Under the pieces are notes generated by a model, which saw nothing but the letters and a program-made list of their open reading frames with translations, was not told the DNA's origin and did no database searches. This document shows, one piece after another, positions 52,071 to 62,919 of a stretch of DNA of 64,000 bases. Origin of the DNA: Candidatus Bathyarchaeota archaeon (lineage in GTDB: Archaea; Thermoproteota; Bathyarchaeia; Bathyarchaeales; Bathycorpusculaceae); contig CAWHVC010000002.1 in the NCBI GenBank assembly GCA_963832745.1, positions 96,001-160,000 on the forward strand, in the 5' to 3' direction. Numbering within the stretch: position 1 is the first letter of the stretch; every line of letters begins with the position of its first letter. The translations under genes and the position numbers were made by a program.

Positions 52071-52454
52071 ATGGATACTTTAACAAATGGATTAATAACA
52101 ATCATAAACAATGAGATGCGCAATAAACGCGAGTGCATCATTAGCCCAGCCTCTAAACTGTTAGGCCGCGTTTTACGCATAATGCAGCTTAACGGTTACA
52201 TAGGTGAATTTGAATTCATCGATGATGGTCGCCTAGGCAAATTCAAAGTTCAACTACTAGGCAGAATTAACAAGTGTGGTGCAATTAAACCACGCTTCCC
52301 ATCCAAAGTCGGTGAATTCGAAGATTGGGAAAAGAAATTCCTTCCATCAAGAGACGTGGGGTTAATGGTTGTTTCAACCTCTAAAGGCGTTATTGCACAC
52401 AAGGATGCTGAACAAAAGAACGTAGGAGGAAGGCTGTTAGCCTTCGTGTACTAA
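52071..52454 (+). CDS. rps8: 30S ribosomal protein uS8
   Basis: GYIGEFEFIDDGR, GGRLLAFVY. Confidence 0.97.
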   Translation: MDTLTNGLITIINNEMRNKRECIISPASKLLGRVLRIMQLNGYIGEFEFIDDGRLGKFKVQLLGRINKCGAIKPRFPSKVGEFEDWEKKFLPSRDVGLMVVSTSKGVIAHKDAEQKNVGGRLLAFVY

Positions 52455-52464
52455 GGTGTTTTTT

Positions 52465-53010
52465 ATGCGGCTCCCAGAAATATCTAAAACCCTTCAGGTT
52501 CCTGAAGACGTGACCGTTACTCTACAGGGCAAAAAAGTTAGTGTAAAAGGCGCAAAAGGCTCCTTAATACGTGACTTCTATTTTGCTCCTATTTCAATTG
52601 ACGCTGAAGGCAAAAACGTTCGTGTTTCGGCAAAGTGGCCCCGCAAAAAGGAAGCTGCTCTTGTCGGCACAATCTACTCGCATATTCAGAACATGATAAC
52701 AGGCGTAACCAAAGGCTACTCTTACAAGCTAAAGATTGTGTTCTCTCACTTTCCAATATCTGTAAAGCTTGAAGGCAGAAGCATTCTGATTGAAAACTTT
52801 ACTGGCGAAAGAAGAGCACGACACATAAAAATCATCGGCGACGTTAAAGTCAAAATTGAAACAGACGACATCATTGTCTCAGGGATAAACCTGGAAGACG
52901 TAAGTCAAACAGCAGCCAACATTGAGCAAGCAACACGTGTCAGAGGTAAAGACCCGCGTGTTTTCCTTGACGGCTTATACGTTTACGAAAGAAATGAGGG
53001 TATGGCATAA
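52465..53010 (+). CDS. rpl6: 50S ribosomal protein uL6
   Basis: SHFPI, DPRVFLDGLYV. Confidence 0.97.
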   Translation: MRLPEISKTLQVPEDVTVTLQGKKVSVKGAKGSLIRDFYFAPISIDAEGKNVRVSAKWPRKKEAALVGTIYSHIQNMITGVTKGYSYKLKIVFSHFPISVKLEGRSILIENFTGERRARHIKIIGDVKVKIETDDIIVSGINLEDVSQTAANIEQATRVRGKDPRVFLDGLYVYERNEGMA

Positions 53011-53564
53011 TGACCGAAAAGAAACCACAACTGCAGCGCAAAGCACTCAGAACAAGGGCACGCGCACGAAACAAGAAACCCGCTTTCCTTAGACCAGAAA
53101 GCTGGCGAGACAGCAAATTCAGCGAGAGCTGGCGAAGACCACGCGGCTTAGACAATAAAGTCCGTCGAAAAATCAAAGGTTGGCCCGCAAGCCCCAGCAC
53201 TGGATACAAAGGTCCCAAAATTGCCCGTGGATTACATCCATCAGGCTACAGGGAAGTCATGATTTACAATGCTGAATCAGTCGCTGCCGTTGACCCTAAC
53301 ACTCAGGCTATCCGTATAGCTCATACAGTTGGCAACAAAAAACGTGCCTTAATAATCGCTGAAGCTGAAAAATTGCAAGTCAAAATCCTTAACGTTAACG
53401 TTGTTACGGAAGAGACAGAGGCTGAAGGCGAAGAAGAAGCTGAGGCTGAGGAACAGGAAGCAGAAAAGAAAACTGAGAAAGCAAAAGAAAAGAAGAAGAC
53501 CAAGAAGCCCAAAGCTAAAGAGGACAAATCAAAGGCCAAAAAGTCTAAGGAGAAGAAGAAATAA
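53010..53564 (+). CDS. rpl32e: 50S ribosomal protein eL32
   Basis: WRRPRGLDNK, RGLHPSG. Confidence 0.95.
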   Translation: MTEKKPQLQRKALRTRARARNKKPAFLRPESWRDSKFSESWRRPRGLDNKVRRKIKGWPASPSTGYKGPKIARGLHPSGYREVMIYNAESVAAVDPNTQAIRIAHTVGNKKRALIIAEAEKLQVKILNVNVVTEETEAEGEEEAEAEEQEAEKKTEKAKEKKKTKKPKAKEDKSKAKKSKEKKK

Positions 53565-54019
53565 TGACCAACCTATCCAGTCAAAGACGCCTTGCTTCAG
53601 CTATTCTTAAAACCGGTGAAAACCGTGTTTGGATAAATCCTGAACGCATTGATGATGTTGAAGGCGCCATTACACGTGAAGAAATCAAAAAGTTGATTCA
53701 CGAGAAAATAATCACTTCACTACCTGAAAAAGGTGTTAGTCGCTCAAGAGCAAAGACAATTCGCGAAAAGAAAAGCAAAGGTAGACGACAAGGTCCAGGC
53801 AGCTATACTGGTTCACCACAAGCTGGTATAACTAAGAAAGAAGCTTGGATGATTAAAATCCGTTCATTACGCCGCAAACTCCGCGAACTTAAAGCAAACC
53901 GAACAATTACTGAAGAAACATACACAGAATTCTACCGTATGGCTGGCAGTGGCCGCTTTGAATCTGTTGCTGACTTAGAGCGTTACTTGAAGGCAAAGGA
54001 TCTATGGAGGAAACGTTAA
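53564..54019 (+). CDS. rpl19e: 50S ribosomal protein eL19
   Basis: QRRLAS.IL..G..RVWI.P, GRRQGPGS. Confidence 0.96.
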   Translation: MTNLSSQRRLASAILKTGENRVWINPERIDDVEGAITREEIKKLIHEKIITSLPEKGVSRSRAKTIREKKSKGRRQGPGSYTGSPQAGITKKEAWMIKIRSLRRKLRELKANRTITEETYTEFYRMAGSGRFESVADLERYLKAKDLWRKR

Positions 54020-54020
54020 G

Positions 54021-54623
54021 ATGGCAAAAAATGCAAATTATCGTGTACCTTTAAGACGTAGACGCGAAGGTAAAACTGATTACCAAGCTCGTAAAGCTCT
54101 GGTTATTTCAGGTAGACCTCGTCTAGTTACAAGAGGTTCATTAAAGAACGCTACCGTGCAAATAATTCAAGCAAAACCAGCAGGCGACATCGTTTTAGCA
54201 GCTGCAAACAGCAAAGAGTTAAGCAAATTGTTCGGTTGGAAAGCTCCAACAGGCAACATTCCAGCCGCTTACTTAACTGGATTGCTTTGCGGTTTGAAAG
54301 CTAAAAAGAATGGCGTTGAAGAAGCAATCTTAGATGCAGGTCTTGTTTCCCCAACAAAGGGTGCAAGAATCTTTGCTATGTTAAGTGGTGTTGTTGATGC
54401 AGGTGTTAGTGTTCCTCACAGTGAAGCAAAAATAGTTAAGGAACGCATAAAGGGTGAACAAGTTGCAAAGTATGCAAAGAAACTTGGCGTTGGCTCTGAA
54501 GAGTACAACCAAAAGTTTTCAGCTTACATCGCAGCAGGTGTTGCCCCAGAAAAACTGCCTGAGCACTTCACAAAAGTTAAAGCCGGTATAGTTGCGTCAT
54601 TTAAAGGTGAGAAGAAAGAATGA
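54021..54623 (+). CDS. rpl18: 50S ribosomal protein uL18
   Basis: RRRREGKTDY, NIPAAYLTG. Confidence 0.97.
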   Translation: MAKNANYRVPLRRRREGKTDYQARKALVISGRPRLVTRGSLKNATVQIIQAKPAGDIVLAAANSKELSKLFGWKAPTGNIPAAYLTGLLCGLKAKKNGVEEAILDAGLVSPTKGARIFAMLSGVVDAGVSVPHSEAKIVKERIKGEQVAKYAKKLGVGSEEYNQKFSAYIAAGVAPEKLPEHFTKVKAGIVASFKGEKKE

Positions 54624-55273
54624 GTAGAGACAGAAGAGACCAAGATAGACGTACAGCAAATCTTGAAGAGTGGGTTCCAAAAACTCGTCTCGGCAGGATG
54701 ATTCAAGAAGGCAAGATTACCACAATGGACGACCTGTTCCTTAGCGGCATAAAGATTTCCGAGCCACAAATCGTTGACGCATTGCTTCCAGACATTCAGG
54801 AAGAAGTCATCAACGTTAACTTGGTTCAGAAGCAAACTGATGCAGGCGAAAAATCACGTTTCAAAGCAATCGTCGCTGTCGGCAACAGAGATGGCTACAT
54901 CGGTCTTGGCAACGGAAAAGCCGGTCAAGTCCGCAACGCCATCGAAAAAGCCGCAGCAAACGCACGCTTAAACATTGTTCCAGTGAAACGTGGCTGTGGA
55001 AGTTGGGAATGTAATTGTGGACAAACTCACAGCGTACCTTTCCAAGTTGAAGGTAAATGTGGTGGTGTCCGAGTTGAAATCATTCCAGGTCCAAGAGGTT
55101 TAGGTCTTGTTTCAAGTGAAGTCGCAAAAACAATCTTTGGCTTAGCAGGCGTAAAAGACCTTTGGATGAGAAGCTTTGGTTCAACAAGAACAGTTCCTTC
55201 ATATGCATGCGCAATCTTTGATGGTCTACGCAAAACGTACAATTTGATTACACAAGTCGATTGGGTGAAGTAA
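54620..55273 (+). CDS. rps5: 30S ribosomal protein uS5
   Basis: WVPKTRLG, QKQTDAG, RGCGSWE. Confidence 0.97.
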   Translation: MSRDRRDQDRRTANLEEWVPKTRLGRMIQEGKITTMDDLFLSGIKISEPQIVDALLPDIQEEVINVNLVQKQTDAGEKSRFKAIVAVGNRDGYIGLGNGKAGQVRNAIEKAAANARLNIVPVKRGCGSWECNCGQTHSVPFQVEGKCGGVRVEIIPGPRGLGLVSSEVAKTIFGLAGVKDLWMRSFGSTRTVPSYACAIFDGLRKTYNLITQVDWVK

Positions 55274-55274
55274 A

Positions 55275-55763
55275 ATGGCACAGCAAACAGAGCAATATAA
55301 ACCAGTAGCAGTAGTTCGCGTTCGCGGTACAGTCAGCGCGTTAAGAGAAGCACGGGAAACCCTTAAGCTGCTTCACTTAGAACACACTAACCATGCAATC
55401 TTAATTGATGATCGTCCATCCTACAAAGGTATGCTGCAAAGAGTAACAAGCTATGTCACATGGGGCGAAGTTACCAAAGAAACAGTTGTAGCAATGCTTG
55501 AAAAAAGAGCAAGACTTGCAGGCAACAAAAAACTGACAGCAGAATATCTTGAAAAACTTGACTTCAAAACGTTTGATGAATTAGCAGATGCAATAATGAC
55601 TGGCAAAGCAGAACATGGCAAACTACCATTCATGACTCCACTGTTCAAACTGCATCCGCCAACAAAAGGCTTTAAAGGAAAAGTCAAAAAATCCTTCAAA
55701 GCAGGCGGAGAAGCAGGTTACCGCGGCGAAGCAATCAACGAACTCGTAAAACGTATGATTTAA
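55275..55763 (+). CDS. rpl30: 50S ribosomal protein uL30
   Basis: VRVRG, YVTWGE, LHPP.KG, GYRGEAIN. Confidence 0.96.
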   Translation: MAQQTEQYKPVAVVRVRGTVSALREARETLKLLHLEHTNHAILIDDRPSYKGMLQRVTSYVTWGEVTKETVVAMLEKRARLAGNKKLTAEYLEKLDFKTFDELADAIMTGKAEHGKLPFMTPLFKLHPPTKGFKGKVKKSFKAGGEAGYRGEAINELVKRMI

Positions 55764-55766
55764 TCA

Positions 55767-55840
55767 TTAGGGTTAAACCCTAACCTTTGTTTATTTTTTG
55801 TTTTTGTTGTATATTTTTTGTGGCTTTTTTTGTTTTTCAT
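55767..55840 (+). terminator. Palindrome plus long T-rich tract ending the ribosomal protein operon
   Basis: TTAGGGTT-A-AACCCTAA (55767-55783) followed by oligo-T runs. Confidence 0.6.
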
Positions 55841-55951
55841 GGAGAAAAGCGGTATTTTAGTTGATATGCCTATAAGCAAGAGATATTATTTCATTAATAC
55901 TGGATGACTATTCCTAAAATGCAAATGTGGTTTCGCGAATAATTTGCTTTT

Positions 55952-56611
55952 ATGGATTTTCTGATGGTTTATTGGTGTATAGGTTTGAGAGCTAAAAGTC
56001 CAAGCATAATTGAGCATCTTGCGTTCCTTTCCGTTAAATATCACGTATTTCTCGCTGACCTCTTTGGAGCACTAGTTTCTGCTAGAAAAACTGGTGAATC
56101 TAACTGTAACGATTTAATGGTTGAATATAGAGGCAGCTTTAATGGTCAAGCAGTATTTTTGATAACAAAATCAGGCAAAGTAATAGTGCAGTTTAGGGTT
56201 GAAGAAGATTTTCTTTCAATAAAAAATGTGCCCTTTGACAGTTGGATGAATACCGATAAAGTGCGTAATCAAATAGCTAAAGAAACTTTGCTTTCAGGTT
56301 CCTTTTCAATTTCAGACTTGCGTCACGGAATGAAGAAAGTTTGTTTGGAAGCGAAAATTTTAGAAATTTCAAAGCCAGTGACGGTTCATACGCAGTACGG
56401 GAATAATGTTTCTTTGACTAACGCTTGGGTGGAAGATGTAACTGGAAAAGTCAAGCTTTGCCTTTGGGGTGACCAAGTAAACTCTGTAAGAGTTGGCGAT
56501 ACTATACACATTAAGAATGCATCAGTTTTTGTTTACAAGGGTGAACGGCAGCTTCGTTTAGGTAAAACAGGAACGCTTAATGTGCTTCCAACTTTGATGC
56601 CTAAAAATTAG
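55952..56611 (+). CDS. OB-fold ssDNA-binding (SSB/RPA-like) domain protein
   Basis: C-terminal ISDLR.GM..V...D.TG.VKL.LW...GDTI.I.NA....KGE.QL.LG. Confidence 0.75.
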   Translation: MDFLMVYWCIGLRAKSPSIIEHLAFLSVKYHVFLADLFGALVSARKTGESNCNDLMVEYRGSFNGQAVFLITKSGKVIVQFRVEEDFLSIKNVPFDSWMNTDKVRNQIAKETLLSGSFSISDLRHGMKKVCLEAKILEISKPVTVHTQYGNNVSLTNAWVEDVTGKVKLCLWGDQVNSVRVGDTIHIKNASVFVYKGERQLRLGKTGTLNVLPTLMPKN

Positions 56612-56753
56612 GTTTTCCAAATAACTTCACTTTTTCCTTAACAAAATTTTTTCAAGCAGCCCAGCTTTTAAACAGTGAAATTTGCCATTTTTTGACGGCA
56701 AGTCATTTTTTTCCAAAAAATTTTAATTATGAATTGCACTTGAAAAGGGCTAA

Positions 56754-57353
56754 ATGAGCTTCCGTAAATGGTTATCCGACAAAGTATCCACGCCTAAAGC
56801 CAAAATAGACTTAACTCTGGAGAAAAGCAAATTCTCTTTAGGCGAACAAATCCGTGGGCAAGCCAAAATCGTTTGTGACGAAGAAATTGACGTAACAGAA
56901 GTCTCCGTGCTTTTAACCTGTAATGAAAGCGTCAAGAAAACCCGAATCGTAAGCAGCCAATACGGCACACAGCAGTCCGATTACTGGGACAGCGGCGAAA
57001 TTTACCGTGTAAAATTCGTCTTCTTCGAAAATGCCCACGTACCTCAAGGTTTAAATCAAATTTACCCTTTTTCGTTAAATGTACCAACAGCCGCTAAAGA
57101 AACTTGCTACGGCATAGACCGCTATGTTAAATGGTATATGTCCTCAATTTTTGATGTTAAAGGCCGACCTGACGTTCACACTGACACTTACGAGGTGCTT
57201 ATAGAAAAACCCCAAGTTGTCTCCTCCCAACAGGCGCCTGTCATTAAAGAGGTAGTAAAAGAAATCGTACTCATACCCTGTGGTTACTGCGGTTCACTTA
57301 TGCCTCAAACAGCCATTTTTTGTCCCAACTGCGGCGCAAGAAGAAAAAACTAA
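56754..57353 (+). CDS. Arrestin/SpoOM-like fold protein with C-terminal zinc ribbon
   Basis: GEQIRG, YPFSLNVP, CGYCG...CPNCGA. Confidence 0.6.
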   Translation: MSFRKWLSDKVSTPKAKIDLTLEKSKFSLGEQIRGQAKIVCDEEIDVTEVSVLLTCNESVKKTRIVSSQYGTQQSDYWDSGEIYRVKFVFFENAHVPQGLNQIYPFSLNVPTAAKETCYGIDRYVKWYMSSIFDVKGRPDVHTDTYEVLIEKPQVVSSQQAPVIKEVVKEIVLIPCGYCGSLMPQTAIFCPNCGARRKN

Positions 57354-57400
57354 CTCAATAACACTAAAGGGGTAGGTGTTAATGGCGCAGTTTTATTTCT

Positions 57401-59782
57401 TTATTGTATGGACATGTGGATTCTGACCCATTCGTCGGGACTGATTTGCCGTTCCGTTTCTGCTCCCGTTTCAATTCTGACCCAACTTATTTTTCCGTTA
57501 AACTTGTTATTGCGGTCTTTGAAGTCATCCGAGAGTGGAGCTCCGATTTTGTCGCCTACCATACAGGTTGAATCAGCTGAAAAGATAATCGGCACAGTAT
57601 GCTCAAGTTTGCCCTGTGCCACCTTCTTGTTGTCTATGTAAAGTGTTGCCGTTCCGCCTTTTCCTGGGCCGCCGCCGTTATAGTTGAAATCCATGCGAAC
57701 CTCATGTTTTCCCGGTGGTATTTTGTCTGTGGCTTCAACTGAATAGTTTGCTAAGCCTAAAAAGTTATAGCAGTACTTGAGTTTTCCTTCCCAGAAATAG
57801 AGTGCCCACCCGCCAAAGTTGGCGCCCTGTGCGATAATGGTTCCTGATGCGCCTGAAGTGGGAACCTCAACTTCGGATAGTATGGAGTGTGACTTGTTTT
57901 TGATGTCTATAACTCCAGTTTCGTTAAGAACCATTCCTGGATACAAAAACTGTGTATTGCCTGTTACCATTTCTGGTCTGCCTGCCAATTTAGGGATAAA
58001 GCGTTCTATACCTCGGTCGTCCAACGGTAGGACGTTGTAACGTGTTGCTTCTATTAGCCATTGCCGTTGTAATTCGTGAAGTAAGTCTGGTCTCTGTTTT
58101 GATAGGTCATCGGATTGTGTCCAATCTTTTGTGGTGTCGTAAAGTTCCCAGTTGTCATCGTCGAAGGCCACGGTTTGTTGGCCTACAAGTTGCCATGGTG
58201 TGCGGTGTTTGGTTACTGCTGTCCATCCTTTGTAGTATATTCCTCGGTTGCCAAACATTTCAAAATATTGAACGTCATGACGGTCAGGTGCAGCAGATTC
58301 CTCGAAACTGTACATCATGCTGGTGCCTTCCATCTGCTTCTGTTCCACACCCTCCACAAACTCTGGTTCAGGAATGCCAGCGATTTCAAGAATGGTAGGT
58401 GCAATGTCGATTACGTGGTGGAACTGGTGCCGTAATTCGCCTTTTGCTTTGATTCCTTTTGGCCAATGAACGATTAAGCCGTTTCTGGTGCCTCCAAAAT
58501 GGGAAGCAACTTGCTTGGTCCACTGGTAAGGACAACACATCGCGTGCGCCCAACCGACCGCGTAATGGTTGTATGATGTTGGTCCACCGAGTTCATCAAG
58601 ATGCGCCATCAGGTACTGTGGGGTTTCCAAAGCCGCTGCACCGTTAAAGTTGGTCATTTCATTAAATGTGCCGTTCAGTGTGCCTTCTGCTGAAGCTCCG
58701 TTATCGCCAATAATGTAAAATACTAACGTGTCATCAAGAATGCCCAAGTCTTTTAACGAGTCAAGTAGTCTGCCAACGTGGTAATCGGTGAATTCTAAAA
58801 ATCCAGCGTAAACTTCCATTTCACGTCTAAGAACCGGCTTAAGATTTTCTGGCATCTCATCCCAAGCAGGAATCTCTTTGTGTCGTTTGGTGAGTTTTGC
58901 CTCTTTAGGAACCACTCCAATTTTTTTCTGCTGTTCAAAGGTGTGTTCTCGAAGTTTATCCCAGCCGTCATCGAATTTGCCCCTGTATTTGTCTGCCCAC
59001 TCTTTTGGAACATGATGAGGCGCATGGGTTGCTCCTGGGGCGAAGTAGACAAAGAATGGTTTTTCTGGGGCAATTGCTTTTTGGGTTCGAATCCAGTTAA
59101 TTGCTTGATCTGTCATGTCTACCAGAAAGTGATAATTTGGGTCATTGGGCAGGGTAACTCTTGCGCGGCCATCGTAAACTTCGGGGAACCACTGATTAGT
59201 TTCTCCCGCAACGAAACCGTAGAATTTTTCGAATCCCGAAAAGGTTGGCCAATGGTCAAAAGGTCCGACGGGTCCGGTTTCCCATAATGGCACTTCATGG
59301 CATTTTCCGAAATGAGCGGTTGAGTACCCGTTATACTTTAAAATTTTAGCTAAAGGGGCACAATAGTTAGGTCTAATCGAGTTATAGCCTGGCGCCGACG
59401 TGGCAATCTCTGTTATGCCTCCCATTCCTACCGTGTGATGGTTATGTCCCGTTAAAATGGCTGCCCGCGTTGGAGAACATAACGCTGTCGTGTGGAACCG
59501 AGTGTATTTTAAGCCGTCAGTACCAAGCGCTTCTGCAACTGGCGTATTGATTGGTCCACCAAAAGCGCTAGAAGCTCCAAAACCCACGTCATCAAGCAAA
59601 ACAAGAATAATATTGGGCGCGTTTTTAGGTGATTCAATGGCCTGTATGGGCGGAAACTTTGCGTCAACATTTTTTGCGTCATAAACGATTAAGCCCTTGT
59701 AAGGCTTGTCTGGCATGGGCAGGACAGTGCGTTGTGGACTATGCTTTTCGGGTGGTGACCTAAAATTTTCAGGCTGTGACAA
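57401..59782 (-). CDS. Arylsulfatase (formylglycine-dependent)
   Basis: LLDDVG, CSPTRAAILTG (CxPxR), GDNG. Confidence 0.95.
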   Translation of the reverse strand: MSQPENFRSPPEKHSPQRTVLPMPDKPYKGLIVYDAKNVDAKFPPIQAIESPKNAPNIILVLLDDVGFGASSAFGGPINTPVAEALGTDGLKYTRFHTTALCSPTRAAILTGHNHHTVGMGGITEIATSAPGYNSIRPNYCAPLAKILKYNGYSTAHFGKCHEVPLWETGPVGPFDHWPTFSGFEKFYGFVAGETNQWFPEVYDGRARVTLPNDPNYHFLVDMTDQAINWIRTQKAIAPEKPFFVYFAPGATHAPHHVPKEWADKYRGKFDDGWDKLREHTFEQQKKIGVVPKEAKLTKRHKEIPAWDEMPENLKPVLRREMEVYAGFLEFTDYHVGRLLDSLKDLGILDDTLVFYIIGDNGASAEGTLNGTFNEMTNFNGAAALETPQYLMAHLDELGGPTSYNHYAVGWAHAMCCPYQWTKQVASHFGGTRNGLIVHWPKGIKAKGELRHQFHHVIDIAPTILEIAGIPEPEFVEGVEQKQMEGTSMMYSFEESAAPDRHDVQYFEMFGNRGIYYKGWTAVTKHRTPWQLVGQQTVAFDDDNWELYDTTKDWTQSDDLSKQRPDLLHELQRQWLIEATRYNVLPLDDRGIERFIPKLAGRPEMVTGNTQFLYPGMVLNETGVIDIKNKSHSILSEVEVPTSGASGTIIAQGANFGGWALYFWEGKLKYCYNFLGLANYSVEATDKIPPGKHEVRMDFNYNGGGPGKGGTATLYIDNKKVAQGKLEHTVPIIFSADSTCMVGDKIGAPLSDDFKDRNNKFNGKISWVRIETGAETERQISPDEWVRIHMSIQ

Positions 59783-59897
59783 AAAAGTTCACCAACTAAG
59801 AGAGTTAAACCTTGAAGTTAAAAATATGTGATTTCACAAAGAAATAACAATTAATCTATAATTGTATTAGTAGCAGATTGACCTGTCCAGTTAGCGG

Positions 59898-60233
59898 TTA
59901 CTTTGATTTTTGCCTAAACCCAACCACGTTACCGTCAGTGTCCTTAACTTGTGCAATCAACAAGCCCCCGCCAACCTCCATAACGTCCTTGACAATTACG
60001 CCGCCAGTTTGGGTTATTGCTTGAAGGCATTCCTTAATGTCCTCAACATCCATGTACACAACAGGTCCTTCAGTGGCGCTTGGGTCTAAACCAACCTCTA
60101 AATCACCAACCCTAAAACCCACATAATAAGGACTTGCAACGTACGGTTCAACACCCAAAAACTTGCCAAAAAACACCTTAGCCTTCTCAACATCCTTAAC
60201 AGGATAAACTAAAAGCTTAACACTATTAGACAA
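59898..60233 (-). CDS. VOC/glyoxalase family protein
   Basis: YPVKDVEKAK.F, DTDGNVVG. Confidence 0.85.
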   Translation of the reverse strand: MSNSVKLLVYPVKDVEKAKVFFGKFLGVEPYVASPYYVGFRVGDLEVGLDPSATEGPVVYMDVEDIKECLQAITQTGGVIVKDVMEVGGGLLIAQVKDTDGNVVGFRQKSK

Positions 60234-60434
60234 ATCAAAAACCTCTAATAGAAAATTACTTCTGCGCTATAAAAATAAATTCAGAAAAATTTTGCAAAAA
60301 GAAAAATTGACAATCTTTTTACATATTTGATTTTAGTTAAGAATTCTTGACTACAATGAGTCAAAAAATGTTTACGAGAACTCTTATATGCTCTCGAAAA
60401 CCCTTTCACAATTGTATTGTTAAGGTTATGAAAA

Positions 60435-62114
60435 ATGGGGAACAAAAAAGCATCTCTTGTTCTATTCATGGCTTTCTTTATTGTGTTGGCTTTTTTCCCT
60501 ATTCACCTGTAGTGGAAGCGAATCCTACTTCGATGATGTACCCACTGCCCGAGCCTTCTTTTGTTATAAAGGCTGATGGAAGTATTGACCCCTTAACAGC
60601 ACCCATTCACAGGGACGGTAACGTCTACACTTTCACGGATAACATAGTTGGCTACACAGTTATTGTAGAAAGAGACAACATTGTACTTGACGGAGGCGGC
60701 TATTCTCTAAAAGGAAATGGCTTCACAAGCGTTGATGACCCATATGGTTCCAAAGATTTGAACATTGGATTATTTCTCATGAATCGGCAAGGGGTAACAG
60801 TAAGGAACATGAAAATCAGTGGGTTCCATGATGCTGTTTACCTTTTCAGTTACTTAGGTGGTTCTTCTAGCGAAAATCGCTTTGAGAGTAATCTGCTGTC
60901 AGACAATTATTATGGTATGTACTTGCTTTATTCTCAGTTTACCGTGCTTAGAAACAACCAGATGAAAAATAACACGCGCAACCTTTGCATTATCGACAAC
61001 ATTCAAATCAGACCTGAACCGCCCAACTTGTACCTAAATGACATTGATTCGTCAAACACAGTCGATGGAAAACCAGTAATCTACTGGGTAAATAAACATG
61101 GCGGAACCGTGCCTTCTAACGCTGGATATGTTGCCCTTATAAACTGTTCAGACATAACCATCGAAAACTTGGAGTTATCCCACAACGGACAAGGGATACT
61201 GTTGAGTTCCACGCCCAACCTGCAAATAACACAAAATCATATAACAAACACGGATTCAGGCATTTTCCTTCATAAATCTTCAAACGTTAATGTCACTGAA
61301 AACAAATTGGAAAGCAATGATGTCTGCATAAACGTTTACGAGTCTAATGCAACCCAAATATCATCAAACAGCCTGACAAGAAATAAAAGTGGCATTTCTT
61401 TAGTCGGCACACAGGATAACATCGTTTTTAGAAACAGTATTGTCGCTAACAATGGTGGGCGGTTTGTTTTTAAGTGTAGTTTCCAATTCCACAATTAAGG
61501 AAAATGACGTATCGGATAACAATGGAACTGGCATCGTCATATATGTTTCTTATAACAACACGGTCACTGCGAACACTATAACCGGCAACGTTGAAGACGG
61601 AATTGGCCTCTGGGAAGTGGATACAACAAACAATACAATCTCTGACAATTTAATAGCGAACAATGCCCGATTTGGGTTTCTAATCCGATATAGCTGCAGC
61701 AACAAAATCATTGGAAACCTGATTACAAAAAACAATGATTCCGCCATGCGGTTTGTAGAGGGTAGCGATAATTTAATTTACCACAATAGCTTCATCGAAA
61801 ATGCCAATAATAGCGCCCAAATATCTATTGTGTCAGCTTTTAATAATCCAGCATTCCCTAACATGTGGGATAACGGCGTCGAAGGCAACTATTGGAGCGA
61901 CTCCAAAGCCTCACCCTACATTATAACTGAAAACAATCACGATAATCACCCACTTCAAACAACCATCAATTTTGTTAATCCTGAAACACCTTCAAACTTA
62001 TTGAAAGAAGAAACTGTAGCGGCGTTAGATTTTCCTGAGATTGTACTTGCTTTAGTTGCTATAGCGGTAACTACAAGTATAATACTTCTGGCATTCTATA
62101 AGCGTAAACGTTAA
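60435..62114 (+). CDS. NosD/CASH right-handed beta-helix surface protein; frameshifts near 60495 and 61455
   Basis: Signal peptide in an alternative frame from ATG 60435, N-rich PbH1 repeats, WDNGVEGNYWSD, C-terminal TM helix plus KRKR. Confidence 0.8.
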
Positions 62115-62325
62115 AACCATTGTTCTGCCCGAACTGTGGTATAATAATAACGTACTTGCCACTTTTTTGTTGCCTAAGCCCAACCACGTTGCCGTTTGGG
62201 TCTTTAACTTTTGCAATAGCAGGCCCGCCAACATCTGTAAACTTCTTGGAAAATCTCGCGCCAGCTTTAGTTAATGCTTCCAGACTGCTTTTAATGTCAG
62301 TAACATCGGTGTAAGCAATAGGTTA
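62111..62325 (-). pseudogene. Truncated glyoxalase paralog (C-terminal half)
   Basis: PIAYTDVTDIKSSLEALTKAGA...DVGG..IAKVKDPNGNVVGLRQ aligns by eye to the 59898-60233 protein. Confidence 0.7.
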
Positions 62326-62601
62326 CACATTACCGTTCATTGGCTGTTTAAGAATTTGTTTCCAACATTTAGTACAGTACCTGTTTTGTATGGGGTTAGC
62401 AACCCAGTTTTGATTCTGTTAAGTAGTCCCTATTTCTAGTTGTATTGGAATGTGTAGTGGGTTTGTTGGTTGTTTTGGTACTTTATGAATGCACGGAAAC
62501 CGTTCTGGTTTATGCAGTCTTTGAATAGTTTACGACGCTGTTCAGGTGTCATGTTGGTGACGTTGTAGTGTTTGGTTTGTTGTTTCATATCTGTGCTCTT
62601 C

Positions 62602-62793
62602 TTATGCGGTTTCTTTTGGGTCAACGTATTGAGCAACTACTCGTGAACACCGTGGGCACTGTACATGGTACCCTTTGTTGTAGCTTATTCCGGCTGAGAG
62701 GAGTGCGTTTTGTTTGGGGGTTATGCGTCCGTATTTGCATTGCCATACTAAAAAGTGTTTTTTGGGTGTTTTGGAGGTTTTCAATTTTAACAC
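62602..62793 (-). CDS. Small zinc-ribbon-like protein
   Basis: WQCKY...VQCPRC; divergent from the RHH gene. Confidence 0.35.
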   Translation of the reverse strand: MLKLKTSKTPKKHFLVWQCKYGRITPKQNALLSAGISYNKGYHVQCPRCSRVVAQYVDPKETA

Positions 62794-62919
62794 TTGTTAA
62801 TTGTTTTGACTGTTTGTTAGATATAAAATTTACTTATAATTCCTTATAATAGAATATTAGTGCTTATTATTACAGATAAACCCTAAACTTAACGGGCACC
62901 ATAAGATAAACGGTTCCAA

